This document shows, piece after piece, positions 1 to 8,164 of a DNA stretch of 17,424 nucleotides (position 1 is the first letter of the stretch; each line of letters opens with the position of its first letter). Made by a program: the position numbers and the translations under genes. The notes under the pieces were generated by a model. That model saw only the letters and a program-made list of their open reading frames with translations. It did no database searches and had not been told where the DNA came from. Origin of the DNA: Gemmatimonadota bacterium (GTDB lineage Bacteria; Gemmatimonadota; Gemmatimonadetes; Longimicrobiales; RSA9); NCBI GenBank assembly GCA_040905425.1, contig JBBDRO010000102.1:1-17424 (forward strand), read 5' to 3'.

Positions 1-2
1 CC

Positions 3-635
3 TGGTGGCTGGACAACAGCCGGCTGGACTTCCCGCGCGGCTACCACATCGAGGTGTGGGGGGGGCTGGGCGAGCCGGGTAGCGGCTTCATGGGCGGCAT
101 CCAGCGCTACCCGGGCGGCGGCGGCTACGGCGCGGAGCTGAAGGCGCAGTATCGGAAGTACTACGGCACCTCCATCGGCTTCTCGGGCCGGGGAGAGATG
201 ATCCCCAATGACAACTCTTACTGCGAGATCGATCCGGAGGTGACGGACCGGTTCGGGATCCCCGTGCTGCGCTTCCACTGGGAGTGGACGGACCACGAGG
301 TCAACCAGGTCAGGCACATGCAGGAGACCTTCCGCGAGCTGCTCACGCGGATGGGCGGGGAGGTGCGGGGCAGCATGCCGTCCCGGGAACGCGGCTACGG
401 CATTGCCACGGGCGGCAGCATCATCCACGAGCTGGGGGGCACGCGCATGGGCAGCGATCCCGCTACCTCGGTGACCAACGGCTGGGGGCAGACGCACGAC
501 GTCGAGAACCTCTTCGTGGCCGACGGCGGGCCCTTCGTCTCCCAGCCGGACAAGAACCCCACCTGGACCATCCTGGCGCTCTCCTGGCGCCTGAGTGACT
601 ACATCACCCAGCAACGCAACGCGGGGGCGCTATGA
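3..635 (+). CDS. GMC family oxidoreductase, C-terminal part (5' end outside window)
   Basis: Frame is open from position 3 (WWLDNSRLDFPRGYHIEV...). GMC C-terminal motifs: D-x-FGIPVLRF, IIHELGGTRMG, GQTHDVENLFVADG, KNPTWTILALSWR. The stop overlaps the next ATG (ATGA, 632-635). Confidence 0.93.
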   Translation, partial: WWLDNSRLDFPRGYHIEVWGGLGEPGSGFMGGIQRYPGGGGYGAELKAQYRKYYGTSIGFSGRGEMIPNDNSYCEIDPEVTDRFGIPVLRFHWEWTDHEVNQVRHMQETFRELLTRMGGEVRGSMPSRERGYGIATGGSIIHELGGTRMGSDPATSVTNGWGQTHDVENLFVADGGPFVSQPDKNPTWTILALSWRLSDYITQQRNAGAL

Positions 636-1240
636 CACCGGTGAATCGACGCGACGCGCTCAAGATGATGGCCGCGGCGCCGCTGCTCGGCGTCCTGGAG
701 TGGACGCCCGACGAGGTGAAGCGCTCGGCCATGCAGATCGACGCGCTCAGGACGCAGTACCAGCCGCAGTTCTTCAACGACCACGAGTGGCGCACGGTGC
801 ACGTCCTGGTGGACCTCATCATCCCCGCCGACGAGCACTCCGGCAGCGCCACGGACGCGCAGGTGCCCGAGTTCATGGACTTCATGCTGAACGAAGGATC
901 GCGGGGGCGGCAGAACACCATGCGCGAGGGCCTGGCGTGGCTGGACGCCGAGAGCCGCGCGCGCTTCGATGCCGACTTCCTGAGCGCCACCGATGCCCAG
1001 CGGCGCGCCATCCTGGATGACATCTCCTGGCCGGACCGCGCCCCGGAATCGGTGCGGGAGGGTGTGGGCTTCTTCAACAGCTTCCGGGACATGACGGCGG
1101 CGGGCTTCTTCTCCAGCCGCATCGGCTACGACGATCTCCAGTACATGGGCAACGCCTACGTACCCGAGTGGACCGGCTGCCCCGAACCTGCCCTGCGCAA
1201 GTTGGGCGTCAGCTACGACCTCATGGAGACGCGCCGATGA
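632..1240 (+). CDS. Gluconate 2-dehydrogenase subunit 3 family protein with Tat signal
   Basis: Twin-arginine signal VNRRDALK. Family motifs FF-x-DHEW, DLIIPAD, SATDAQVPEFMD, GFFSS-x-IG and LQYMGN. Lies directly downstream of a GMC large subunit. Confidence 0.9.
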   Translation: MTPVNRRDALKMMAAAPLLGVLEWTPDEVKRSAMQIDALRTQYQPQFFNDHEWRTVHVLVDLIIPADEHSGSATDAQVPEFMDFMLNEGSRGRQNTMREGLAWLDAESRARFDADFLSATDAQRRAILDDISWPDRAPESVREGVGFFNSFRDMTAAGFFSSRIGYDDLQYMGNAYVPEWTGCPEPALRKLGVSYDLMETRR

Positions 1241-2499
1241 GCCGGGAGCGCCTCGGCATCGGCTTCATCGGCAGCGGCTTCATCACCCGGTTCCACCTGC
1301 GCTCCCTGGTGGGCGTGCGGGACGCCGATGTCTTCGGCGTGTGGAGCCCCACCCGCGCGAATGCAGAGGAGGCGGCCGCGCTCGCGCGCGAGCTGGGCGT
1401 GGGCCCGGCGGAGGCCTTCGACTCGATCACGGACATGGTGGCGGATCCGCGCATCGACGCCATCTGGCTGTGCGGCCCCAACCACGCGCGCATCCAGAAC
1501 GTGCAGGAAATCGTGGACACGCTCGCGAGCGGCAAGGGTGAGCTCAGCGCCATTGCGTGTGAGAAGCCGCTCGCCAGGAACGTGGCCGAGGCGCGCCAGG
1601 TGCTGCGGCTGGTCAATGACGCGGGGCTCCAGCATGGCTACCTGGAGAATCAGCTCTTCGCGCCGCAGGTGGAGACCGGCCGTGCGCTGTCATGGGGCCG
1701 CGGCGCGGCCGCCACCGGCCGGCCCTACCTGGCGCGCGCCGCCGAGGAGCACGGCGGGCCGCACATGCCGTGGTTCTGGCAGGGCAGCCTGCAGGGCGGC
1801 GGCGTGCTGAATGACATGATGTGCCATTCCGTGGAGGTCGTGCGCCACCTGTTGACCCGGCCCGGTGAACCGCGCGCCTCCCTCACGCCGCTCAAGATCA
1901 CCGGCCACATAGCCAGCCTGAAGTGGACCCGTCCGGAGTACGTGGAGCGCCTGGCCCGGACCATGGGCGCGGAGGTGGACTACGGGCACGCGCCGGCGGA
2001 GGACTTTGCCAGCGTGGTGATCGAGTTCGGCTCCGCGGATGGCCACATCGTGGTGGGGGAGGCCACCACCTCCTGGAGCTTCGTGGGCGCGGGGCTGCGC
2101 CTCTCCGCCGAGCTCCTGGGGCCGGAGTACTCCATGAAGTGGAACACGCTGGACACCGGCCTCGAGCTCTTCTTCAGTCGGGAGGTGGCCGCCGAGGCGG
2201 GGGAAGACCTGATCGAGAAGCAGAACGCCGAGGTGGGCCAGATGCCGGTCGTGGCCCAGGAGTGGGTCGCCTACGGCTACGAGGCCGAGAACCGCCATTT
2301 CGTGCGCGCCTTCCTGGAGGGCCGAGCGCCCATGCTGACCTTCGAGGACGGCGTGGAGGTGGTCCAGCTCCTCATGACGGCCTACCAGAGCGCCGAGGAG
2401 GGCCGCACGCTGGCCTTCCCACCGCCCGGGCTGGACGACTTCGTTCCGGCCGTGGCCCGCGGCGCGTGGCAGCCACCGCAGCACCCGAGCGCCGGCTAA
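1237..2499 (+). CDS. Gfo/Idh/MocA family NAD(P)-dependent oxidoreductase (no signal peptide)
   Basis: Start placed at ATG 1237 (ATGA overlap with the upstream stop). Rossmann [14 protein letters not shown] motif, [11 protein letters not shown]. Confidence 0.92.
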   Translation: MSRERLGIGFIGSGFITRFHLRSLVGVRDADVFGVWSPTRANAEEAAALARELGVGPAEAFDSITDMVADPRIDAIWLCGPNHARIQNVQEIVDTLASGKGELSAIACEKPLARNVAEARQVLRLVNDAGLQHGYLENQLFAPQVETGRALSWGRGAAATGRPYLARAAEEHGGPHMPWFWQGSLQGGGVLNDMMCHSVEVVRHLLTRPGEPRASLTPLKITGHIASLKWTRPEYVERLARTMGAEVDYGHAPAEDFASVVIEFGSADGHIVVGEATTSWSFVGAGLRLSAELLGPEYSMKWNTLDTGLELFFSREVAAEAGEDLIEKQNAEVGQMPVVAQEWVAYGYEAENRHFVRAFLEGRAPMLTFEDGVEVVQLLMTAYQSAEEGRTLAFPPPGLDDFVPAVARGAWQPPQHPSAG

Positions 2500-2536
2500 G
2501 GCGCCCGGTTCACCCACCACCCGGGAGCAGGCACGC

Positions 2537-4036
2537 ATGTCCAACAAGGGAATGAGCCGCCGCAGCTTCGTGGCGGGTACCAGCAAGGCCGCGCTCGGCG
2601 CCTCCCTGGCCCCGCTGGTGGTGCCGCGCCACGTGCTGGGCGCCGGCTACCAGGCGCCCAGTGACACGCTGAACATGGCCGTGGTGGGCATGGGCCAGCA
2701 GGGCACGGAGAACATCGAAGCGCTCATCCGCACGGAGAACCTGGTGGCGGTCTGTGACGTGGACTTCGGCTTCGCGGAGCGCACCGTCCGGAACAAGCGC
2801 ACCAACCGGGAAGGCGAGCCGCGCGAGACCGGCGTGCTGCTGAATGACGCCTTCGACCGGGCGGCGCGCTTCACGGACTTCCGCGTGATGCTCGAGCGGC
2901 AGCCCGATATCGATGCCGTCATCGTGGCCACGCCGGACCACCTGCACGCGCACATCGCCAAGGCCGCCATGGAGCTGGGCAAGCACGTCTACGTGCAGAA
3001 GCCGCTCACCTACTCGGTGCACGAGGCGCGCGTGCTGCGCCGCGTGGCGGCCGAGACGGGCGTGGTCACGCAGATGGGCAATCAGGGCCACTCAGGGGAC
3101 GACGGCCGGCGGGTCAACGAGTGGCTCGAGGCGGGCGTGATCGGCACGGTGGACGAGGTGTACATCTGGACCAACCGGCCCATCTGGCCGCAGGGCGTGC
3201 CGTGGCCGGCGGGTGCGGAGATGGAGGCCGTGGACGCGGACGCCGGCTGGGGCCGCGGCGCCCTGAACCGCCGGGTGGCGGCCGGGCTCGGCGGCTCCTA
3301 CGCGCCGCCCGACGGCATGGATTGGGAGCTCTACCAGGGACCCATCGCCGCGGACGTGCCCTACCATCCCATCTACCACCCGTTCAACTGGCGTGGCTGG
3401 GTGCCGTTCGGCGTGGGCGCGCTCGGGGACATGGGCGCGCACCTGCTGGACCACCCCTACTGGGCGCTCGGTCTGACCTACCCCACCAGCATCGAAGCCA
3501 CCTCCACGCCGTGGGGCGGTAGCCGGCGCAACCCCGCTTCCTACCCGCTGGCCACGGCCGTCCACTACGAGTTCCCGGCACGTGGTCTGCTGCCTCCCGT
3601 GCGGCTGCACTGGTATGACGGCGGCCTCATGCCGCCGCGGCCGGCCATGCTGCCCGATGACGTGCGGCTGAACGCCGAGGGCGGCGTGCTTTACGTGGGA
3701 CGCAGGGGCCTGCTGATGCACGAGACGTACGGCAACAACCCGCGCCTCTTCCCCGACCACCTGCAGGCCGAGGCGGACGCCGTGCCTGAAACGTACCGGC
3801 GCATCGAGGGCGGCCATCAGGAGAACTTTGCCCGCGCCTGCAAGGGGGAGGATGAGGCGACGTCCCCGTTCGACTACGCGGCGCCGCTCACCGAGACCAT
3901 GCTCCTCGGCATCGCCGCGCTGCGTGGGGGTGCGGGGCAGAAGGTGCTCTATGACGCCGAGCGCATGGAGTTCACGAACATGCCGGACGCGAACCAGTAC
4001 CTGACGCGGGAGTACCGCGCCGGCTGGACCCTTTGA
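2537..4036 (+). CDS. Tat-exported Gfo/Idh/MocA family oxidoreductase
   Basis: Signal MSRRSFV. Motifs [36 protein letters not shown] and GALGDMGAH. Purine-rich GGAGCAGG upstream. Confidence 0.93.
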   Translation: MSNKGMSRRSFVAGTSKAALGASLAPLVVPRHVLGAGYQAPSDTLNMAVVGMGQQGTENIEALIRTENLVAVCDVDFGFAERTVRNKRTNREGEPRETGVLLNDAFDRAARFTDFRVMLERQPDIDAVIVATPDHLHAHIAKAAMELGKHVYVQKPLTYSVHEARVLRRVAAETGVVTQMGNQGHSGDDGRRVNEWLEAGVIGTVDEVYIWTNRPIWPQGVPWPAGAEMEAVDADAGWGRGALNRRVAAGLGGSYAPPDGMDWELYQGPIAADVPYHPIYHPFNWRGWVPFGVGALGDMGAHLLDHPYWALGLTYPTSIEATSTPWGGSRRNPASYPLATAVHYEFPARGLLPPVRLHWYDGGLMPPRPAMLPDDVRLNAEGGVLYVGRRGLLMHETYGNNPRLFPDHLQAEADAVPETYRRIEGGHQENFARACKGEDEATSPFDYAAPLTETMLLGIAALRGGAGQKVLYDAERMEFTNMPDANQYLTREYRAGWTL

Positions 4037-4065
4037 ATTGACGCCCGGAAGGAGCACGCCCATCC

Positions 4066-4818
4066 ATGCTGCGGTCATCCTGGCTGATCCCCCTGGCGGG
4101 CGCCGCGGCGCTCGCGTGCGCGAGCGAGCCCCGCGCCGCCGCCACCCCGGACACGGCGGGGGCCAGCGCCGCCACCGCTGACGTGGCGGCGCCCAACACG
4201 CTCTCGGCGGCGGAAGTACAGGAGGGCTGGCGCCTGCTCTTCGACGGCACCACCACCGCGGGGTGGCGCGGCTACAAGCAGGACACCATGCCCGCCGGCT
4301 GGGAGGCCGTGGACGGCGCGTTCACGCGCGCCAGCCGCGCGCGGGACATCATCACCACGGAGCAGTTCGAGGACTTCGAGCTGACCCTGGAGTGGAAGAC
4401 GGTGGAGGGCGGCAACAGCGGCGTGTTCTTCCGTGTCATCGAGGGTGAGGGGCCCATCTACCACTACGCGCCCGAGATCCAGGTACTGGACGATGGCGGC
4501 CACCCCGACGGTCGCAGCCAGCTCACCTCCGCGGGCGCCAACTACGGCCTGCATCCTGCACCCAGGGGGGTGGTCCGTCCGGTCGGCCAGTGGAACACCA
4601 TCCGCCTGCTGGTGGAGGGCCCGCGCGTGCGCCACTGGCTGAACGGCCAGCTGATGGCGGACTACGAGATCGGCAGTGAGGACTGGCAGCGCCGGGTGGC
4701 GGAGAGCAAGTTCGCCGCGTGGCCCGACTACGGCCTGGCGCCGCGCGGCCACATCGGCCTCCAGGAGCACGGTAGCTGGGTGGCCTTCCGCAACATCAAG
4801 CTGCGCGAACTGCCATGA
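4066..4818 (+). CDS. DUF1080 (3-keto-disaccharide hydrolase family) lipoprotein
   Basis: Lipobox ALAC. Motifs GWRLLFDG, DFELTLEWK, GNSGVFF, GQWN, GHIGLQEHG and FRNIK. RBS AAGGAG upstream. Confidence 0.92.
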   Translation: MLRSSWLIPLAGAAALACASEPRAAATPDTAGASAATADVAAPNTLSAAEVQEGWRLLFDGTTTAGWRGYKQDTMPAGWEAVDGAFTRASRARDIITTEQFEDFELTLEWKTVEGGNSGVFFRVIEGEGPIYHYAPEIQVLDDGGHPDGRSQLTSAGANYGLHPAPRGVVRPVGQWNTIRLLVEGPRVRHWLNGQLMADYEIGSEDWQRRVAESKFAAWPDYGLAPRGHIGLQEHGSWVAFRNIKLRELP

Positions 4819-5051
4819 GCGAGCGCATCCGCACCGAGAAGTGGTGGCTGTCCCGCGGCTCCGAGAGCTGCCCCGTCTGCTTCCACCGCTACGTGTACGA
4901 GATGGAGGTGCGGTGCACGGCGTGTGACGGCCCGCTGTGCTCCCAGTGCGCGGTGACGGTGTGGGAGACCCACGAGCGCTTCTGCCCGGGGTGCCAGGAG
5001 GACGGGCAGGTGGAGGAGCGGACGAAGATGGAGGCGGGGACGTCGCTTTAG
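4815..5051 (+). CDS. Small 8-cysteine (4x CxxC) putative zinc-binding protein, 78 aa, function unknown
   Basis: CPVC, CTAC, CSQC and CPGC motifs. ATGA overlap with the DUF1080 stop and a 7-bp gap to ku. It fills the intergenic space exactly, with GC-rich third codon positions. Confidence 0.8.
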   Translation: MSERIRTEKWWLSRGSESCPVCFHRYVYEMEVRCTACDGPLCSQCAVTVWETHERFCPGCQEDGQVEERTKMEAGTSL

Positions 5052-5058
5052 AGGAAGC

Positions 5059-5838
5059 ATGGCACGAGCCATCTGGAAGGGTGTGATCCGCTTCGAGGAC
5101 GAGGAGGTGCCGGTCAAGCTGTACGCGGCCGTGGAGGATCGGTCCGTCCATTTCCGGTTGTTGAACGAGCGCACGAAGCACCCCGTGAAGCAGCGCATGG
5201 TGCACCCGGAGACCGGCGCGGAGGTGCCCTACGACGAGGTGCGGCGCGGGTACCAGACCGAGGACGGGCGTATCGTGCTGCTGGACGAAGAGGAGCTGGC
5301 GGCGCTCGAGTCCGAGGCCGCCCGGGACATCCACATCACGCGCTTCGTCCCCCCCGAGAAGCTCAATCATCAGTGGTACGACCGCCCCTACTACCTGGGA
5401 CCCGACGGCGCCGAGGGGGCGTACACGGCGCTGGCGCGCGCGCTGGAGCGGCAGGGGCGCGAGGGCGTGGCGCGCTGGACCATGCGCAAGAAGGAGTACC
5501 GCGGCGCGCTGCGGGCGGAGGACGGGCACCTGCTGCTGATCACGCTGCGCAGCGCCGATGAGGTGGTGGCCGCCGCGGAGCTGCCCCGCCCCGAGGGCCG
5601 CAAGCTGGACGCGCGCGAGCTGAAGATGGCGCACCAGCTTATCAGCGCGCTGGAGGACGCGTGGGAGCCCGCCGCCTGGCAGGACGAGTACCGCGAGCGG
5701 GTCATGGAGCTGGTGGAGGCCAAGGCGGCGGGCAAGACGGTGACGTTCAGGAAGCCGAAGGCGCGGCGGGAGGAGAAGTCGCTGGAGGAGGCGCTGAAGA
5801 AGAGCGTGGCGGCAGCCAGAAAGGGCAAGGCGGCGTAA
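5059..5838 (+). CDS. ku: Ku protein (NHEJ DNA end-binding), copy 1, divergent, 259 aa
   Basis: MARAIWKG-x-I-x-F, VPVKLY, RGYQ, RFVP, YDRPYYLGPD and DEYRERV motifs. Short basic tail. RBS GAGGA. Confidence 0.93.
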   Translation: MARAIWKGVIRFEDEEVPVKLYAAVEDRSVHFRLLNERTKHPVKQRMVHPETGAEVPYDEVRRGYQTEDGRIVLLDEEELAALESEAARDIHITRFVPPEKLNHQWYDRPYYLGPDGAEGAYTALARALERQGREGVARWTMRKKEYRGALRAEDGHLLLITLRSADEVVAAAELPRPEGRKLDARELKMAHQLISALEDAWEPAAWQDEYRERVMELVEAKAAGKTVTFRKPKARREEKSLEEALKKSVAAARKGKAA

Positions 5839-6752
5839 TGCCCGGCGCCTTCTGGTCCGGCACCATCACCTTCGGCCTGGTGAACGTGCCCGTGGCGCTC
5901 TTCCCCGCCAACCGCGCCGGCGGCGTGTCCCTGCGCATGCTCGCGCCCGACGGCACGCCGCTGGAGCGCCAGTACTACGACCCCGAGACCGGCAAGCGCG
6001 TCCTCTACGACGAGGTCGTGCGCGGCTACGAGATCCAGAAGGGGGAGTTCGTCGTGCTCGACGACGACGAGCTGGAGGCGCTGGAGCCGGAGAAGACGCG
6101 CGAGATCGACCTGCGCCGCTTCGTCCCCGTGGCTGACATCGACCCCATGCACTTCGAGCGCGCCTACTTCCTGGTGCCCGACTCCGGTTCGAACAAGGCC
6201 TACCGACTGCTGGCCGAGGCCATGGAGAAGACCGGCATGGCGGGCATTGCCACCTTCGTCATGCGCACCAGGGAGTACCTGGTGGCCATCCTGGCCGAGG
6301 AGGGCATCCTGCGCGCTGAGACGCTCCGCTTTGCCGACGAGCTGCGCGCGCCCGAGGCCGCCGGCCTGGACGCCCTGCCCAGCGCCAAGCCCGCCGACGT
6401 GAAGCGCTTCGAGAAGGCCATACGCGCTCGCGCTAAGGCGGACATCGACGAGAAGGAGCTACGCGATGACTACGCCGAACGGCTGCTGAAGCTGGTCCGC
6501 CGCAAGCAGAAGAAGGGGGAGGACGTGGTGGACGCGCCGGCGGGGGACGGCGAGCGTGACACGGACGTCATCGACCTCATGGCGGTGCTGAAGCGGAGCA
6601 TGGCGCAGGCGGGGGAGACCACGGGCGGCGGCGGCTCGCTGAAGAGTCTCACCAAAGAGGAGCTCTACGAGCGCGCGCAGGCGATGGACATTCCCGGCCG
6701 CAGCTCCATGACCAAGGCCCAACTCATCCGCGCCATCGAGCGGGTAGCGTAG
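5838..6752 (+). CDS. ku: Ku protein, copy 2, 304 aa, with C-terminal HeH/Rho_N/SAP-like domain
   Basis: Start at ATG 5838 (TAATG overlap with the ku1 stop). Motifs WSGTITFGLVNVPV, VRGYE, IDPMHFERAYFL, LRFADE and VIDLMAVLKRS. A Gly linker leads to LTKEELYERAQAMDIPGRSSMTKAQLIRAI. Confidence 0.95.
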   Translation: MPGAFWSGTITFGLVNVPVALFPANRAGGVSLRMLAPDGTPLERQYYDPETGKRVLYDEVVRGYEIQKGEFVVLDDDELEALEPEKTREIDLRRFVPVADIDPMHFERAYFLVPDSGSNKAYRLLAEAMEKTGMAGIATFVMRTREYLVAILAEEGILRAETLRFADELRAPEAAGLDALPSAKPADVKRFEKAIRARAKADIDEKELRDDYAERLLKLVRRKQKKGEDVVDAPAGDGERDTDVIDLMAVLKRSMAQAGETTGGGGSLKSLTKEELYERAQAMDIPGRSSMTKAQLIRAIERVA

Positions 6753-6763
6753 TAAGCGACGTC

Positions 6764-6827
6764 CCCGTTCACCTTCCCGTTCACCTTCCCGTTCACCTTC
6801 CCGTTCACCTTCCCGTTCACCTTCCCG
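6764..6827. repeat. Perfect 12-bp tandem repeat (CCCGTTCACCTT)x5 plus CCCG
   Basis: Units start at 6764, 6776, 6788, 6800 and 6812. The array begins just after the ku2 TAG-TAA stops. Confidence 0.97.
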
Positions 6828-6867
6828 GCGCCCACCCCGACGGCTCCCGACGCCCCTTGGCGTGGCC

Positions 6868-7066
6868 GGGTGTAAATCTGCGCAATGGCGGCCTGCAGGG
6901 CGGCCGTTGTGCATGATGGCCCGCCTGGGGCGCCAGAATGCGCAATGGCGCTCAGCAGGCAATCGCGGTTGTCCGTTTTGACCCGCAGGGCGGGTCGAAC
7001 TGCACAAGCGCCAGGTGCAGCGGGCGTCGATGTGCATTGCAGCCCGCCGAGGCGCTGAAACCGGAC
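6868..7066. repeat. Degenerate ~61-bp-period array of alternating inverted motifs (REP/BIME-like hairpins)
   Basis: Forward arms TTGTGCATGATGGCCCGC (6907), TTGTCCGTTTTGACCCGC (6969) and ATGTGCATTGCAGCCCGC (7030). Reverse arms end in TGCGCAA (6879, 6939) or TGCACAA (7001). TGCGCAATGGCG is exactly duplicated at 6879 and 6939. Confidence 0.65.
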
Positions 7067-7106
7067 TCGCCCCCGCGCCGTAGTCCCTGACCAGAGCACA
7101 GTACGC

Positions 7107-7136
7107 TTGTCGTGCCCCCCTGTGGAGTCGTATTGT
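7107..7136 (+). promoter_or_regulatory. Candidate sigma70 promoter for the ABC operon
   Basis: TTGTCG (7107-7112), 18-bp spacer, TATTGT (7131-7136). Confidence 0.4.
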
Positions 7137-7222
7137 CGCACGGGGGCCGGCTCGCCCGCCCCCGCCGCCGCGTCCGGCTGCTTCGGGACGGGGCGCTCCC
7201 CACTCGCCACCATGGAGGCCCG

Positions 7223-8164
7223 GTGCCGCTGCTGCGTGCCGACAATCTCACCAAACGCTACCCGGGTGGCGTGCTGGCGCTGGATGACTTCACGCTGGCG
7301 CTCGAGCCGGGGCTGATCGGCCTGGTGGGCGCCAACGGCGCCGGCAAGAGCACCTTCATCAAGATCCTGCTGGGGCTGCTGCAGCCCACTGCCGGGAGCG
7401 TGAGCGTGCTGGGGCTCGATCCCACCTCGGACCCCATTGCCGTGCGCCAGCGCATCGGCTATCTGCCGGAGCACGACTGCCTGCCGTCCGATCAGAGCGC
7501 GGCGGACTTCATCACGCACATGGCGCGCATCTCGGGGCTGCCGCAGAACTCGGCGCGCGAGCGGGCCGCGGAGATGCTCCGCCACGTGGGGCTCTACGAG
7601 GAACGCTACCGCCTCATGGACGGCTACTCCACGGGCATGAAGCAGCGCGTCAAGCTGGCGCAGTCGCTGGTGCACGACCCGGCTCTCCTCCTGCTCGACG
7701 AGCCCACCAACGGGCTGGACCCCAACGGGCGGGACGAGATGCTGGACCTGATCAAGCGCACGGGGGAGGAGTTCGGCATCAGCGTGGTGGTCTCCTCGCA
7801 TCTGCTGGGTGAGATCGAGCGCGTGTGCGGCTACCTGGTGTCCATCGACAACGGCAAGCTGGTGCACTCGGCCGCCATCGGCTCCTTCACGGCCGAGACC
7901 GCGGTGCTGGCGGTGGAGGTGGACGAGGGCGCCGAGGCGCTGGCGGCGCGGCTCACGTCCGCGGGGCTCGAGGTCCGCATGGACGCGCGCGGCGGCCTGC
8001 ACATCGGCATGCCGGACGAGCGCCCCTATGACCTGGTGCGGGACATGGTGGCCGAGCTGGGCCTGCCGCTCGTGCGCGTCCAGCGGACGCGCCAGCGGCT
8101 GGACGAGCTCTTCCGCGCTCCGGAACCGACCACCGCGGCCACCGCCGCACGAGAGGAGGGCTGA
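7223..8164 (+). CDS. ABC transporter ATP-binding protein (ABC-2 exporter type)
   Basis: GTG 7223 follows GGAGG (7214-7218). Walker A GANGAGKST, signature YSTGMKQR, Walker B LLLDEPT, H-loop SSH. Confidence 0.93.
   Translation: MPLLRADNLTKRYPGGVLALDDFTLALEPGLIGLVGANGAGKSTFIKILLGLLQPTAGSVSVLGLDPTSDPIAVRQRIGYLPEHDCLPSDQSAADFITHMARISGLPQNSARERAAEMLRHVGLYEERYRLMDGYSTGMKQRVKLAQSLVHDPALLLLDEPTNGLDPNGRDEMLDLIKRTGEEFGISVVVSSHLLGEIERVCGYLVSIDNGKLVHSAAIGSFTAETAVLAVEVDEGAEALAARLTSAGLEVRMDARGGLHIGMPDERPYDLVRDMVAELGLPLVRVQRTRQRLDELFRAPEPTTAATAAREEG

Noticed and set aside
5661..5837. N-terminal extension of ku2 in the ORF track
   Set aside because: It overlaps ku1 in another frame. The Ku domain starts at ATG 5838 with TAATG coupling.
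5059..6752. Prophage-borne Ku/Gam-like genes or a mobile element
   Set aside because: No integrase, transposase, att sites or phage genes, and base composition matches the flanking genes.
6764..7066. CRISPR array
   Set aside because: The 12-bp units have no spacers, the downstream array is degenerate and alternates in orientation, and there are no cas genes.
7112..7222. N-terminal extension of the first ABC ATPase
   Set aside because: GTG 7223 has a GGAGG RBS and immediately precedes the ABC domain.
6459..8002. Minus-strand ORFs with GERE/GKVN repeats (6459-7037, 6665-8002)
   Set aside because: They are translations of the DNA repeat and antisense shadows of ku2 and the ABC ATPase, with no recognisable domain.
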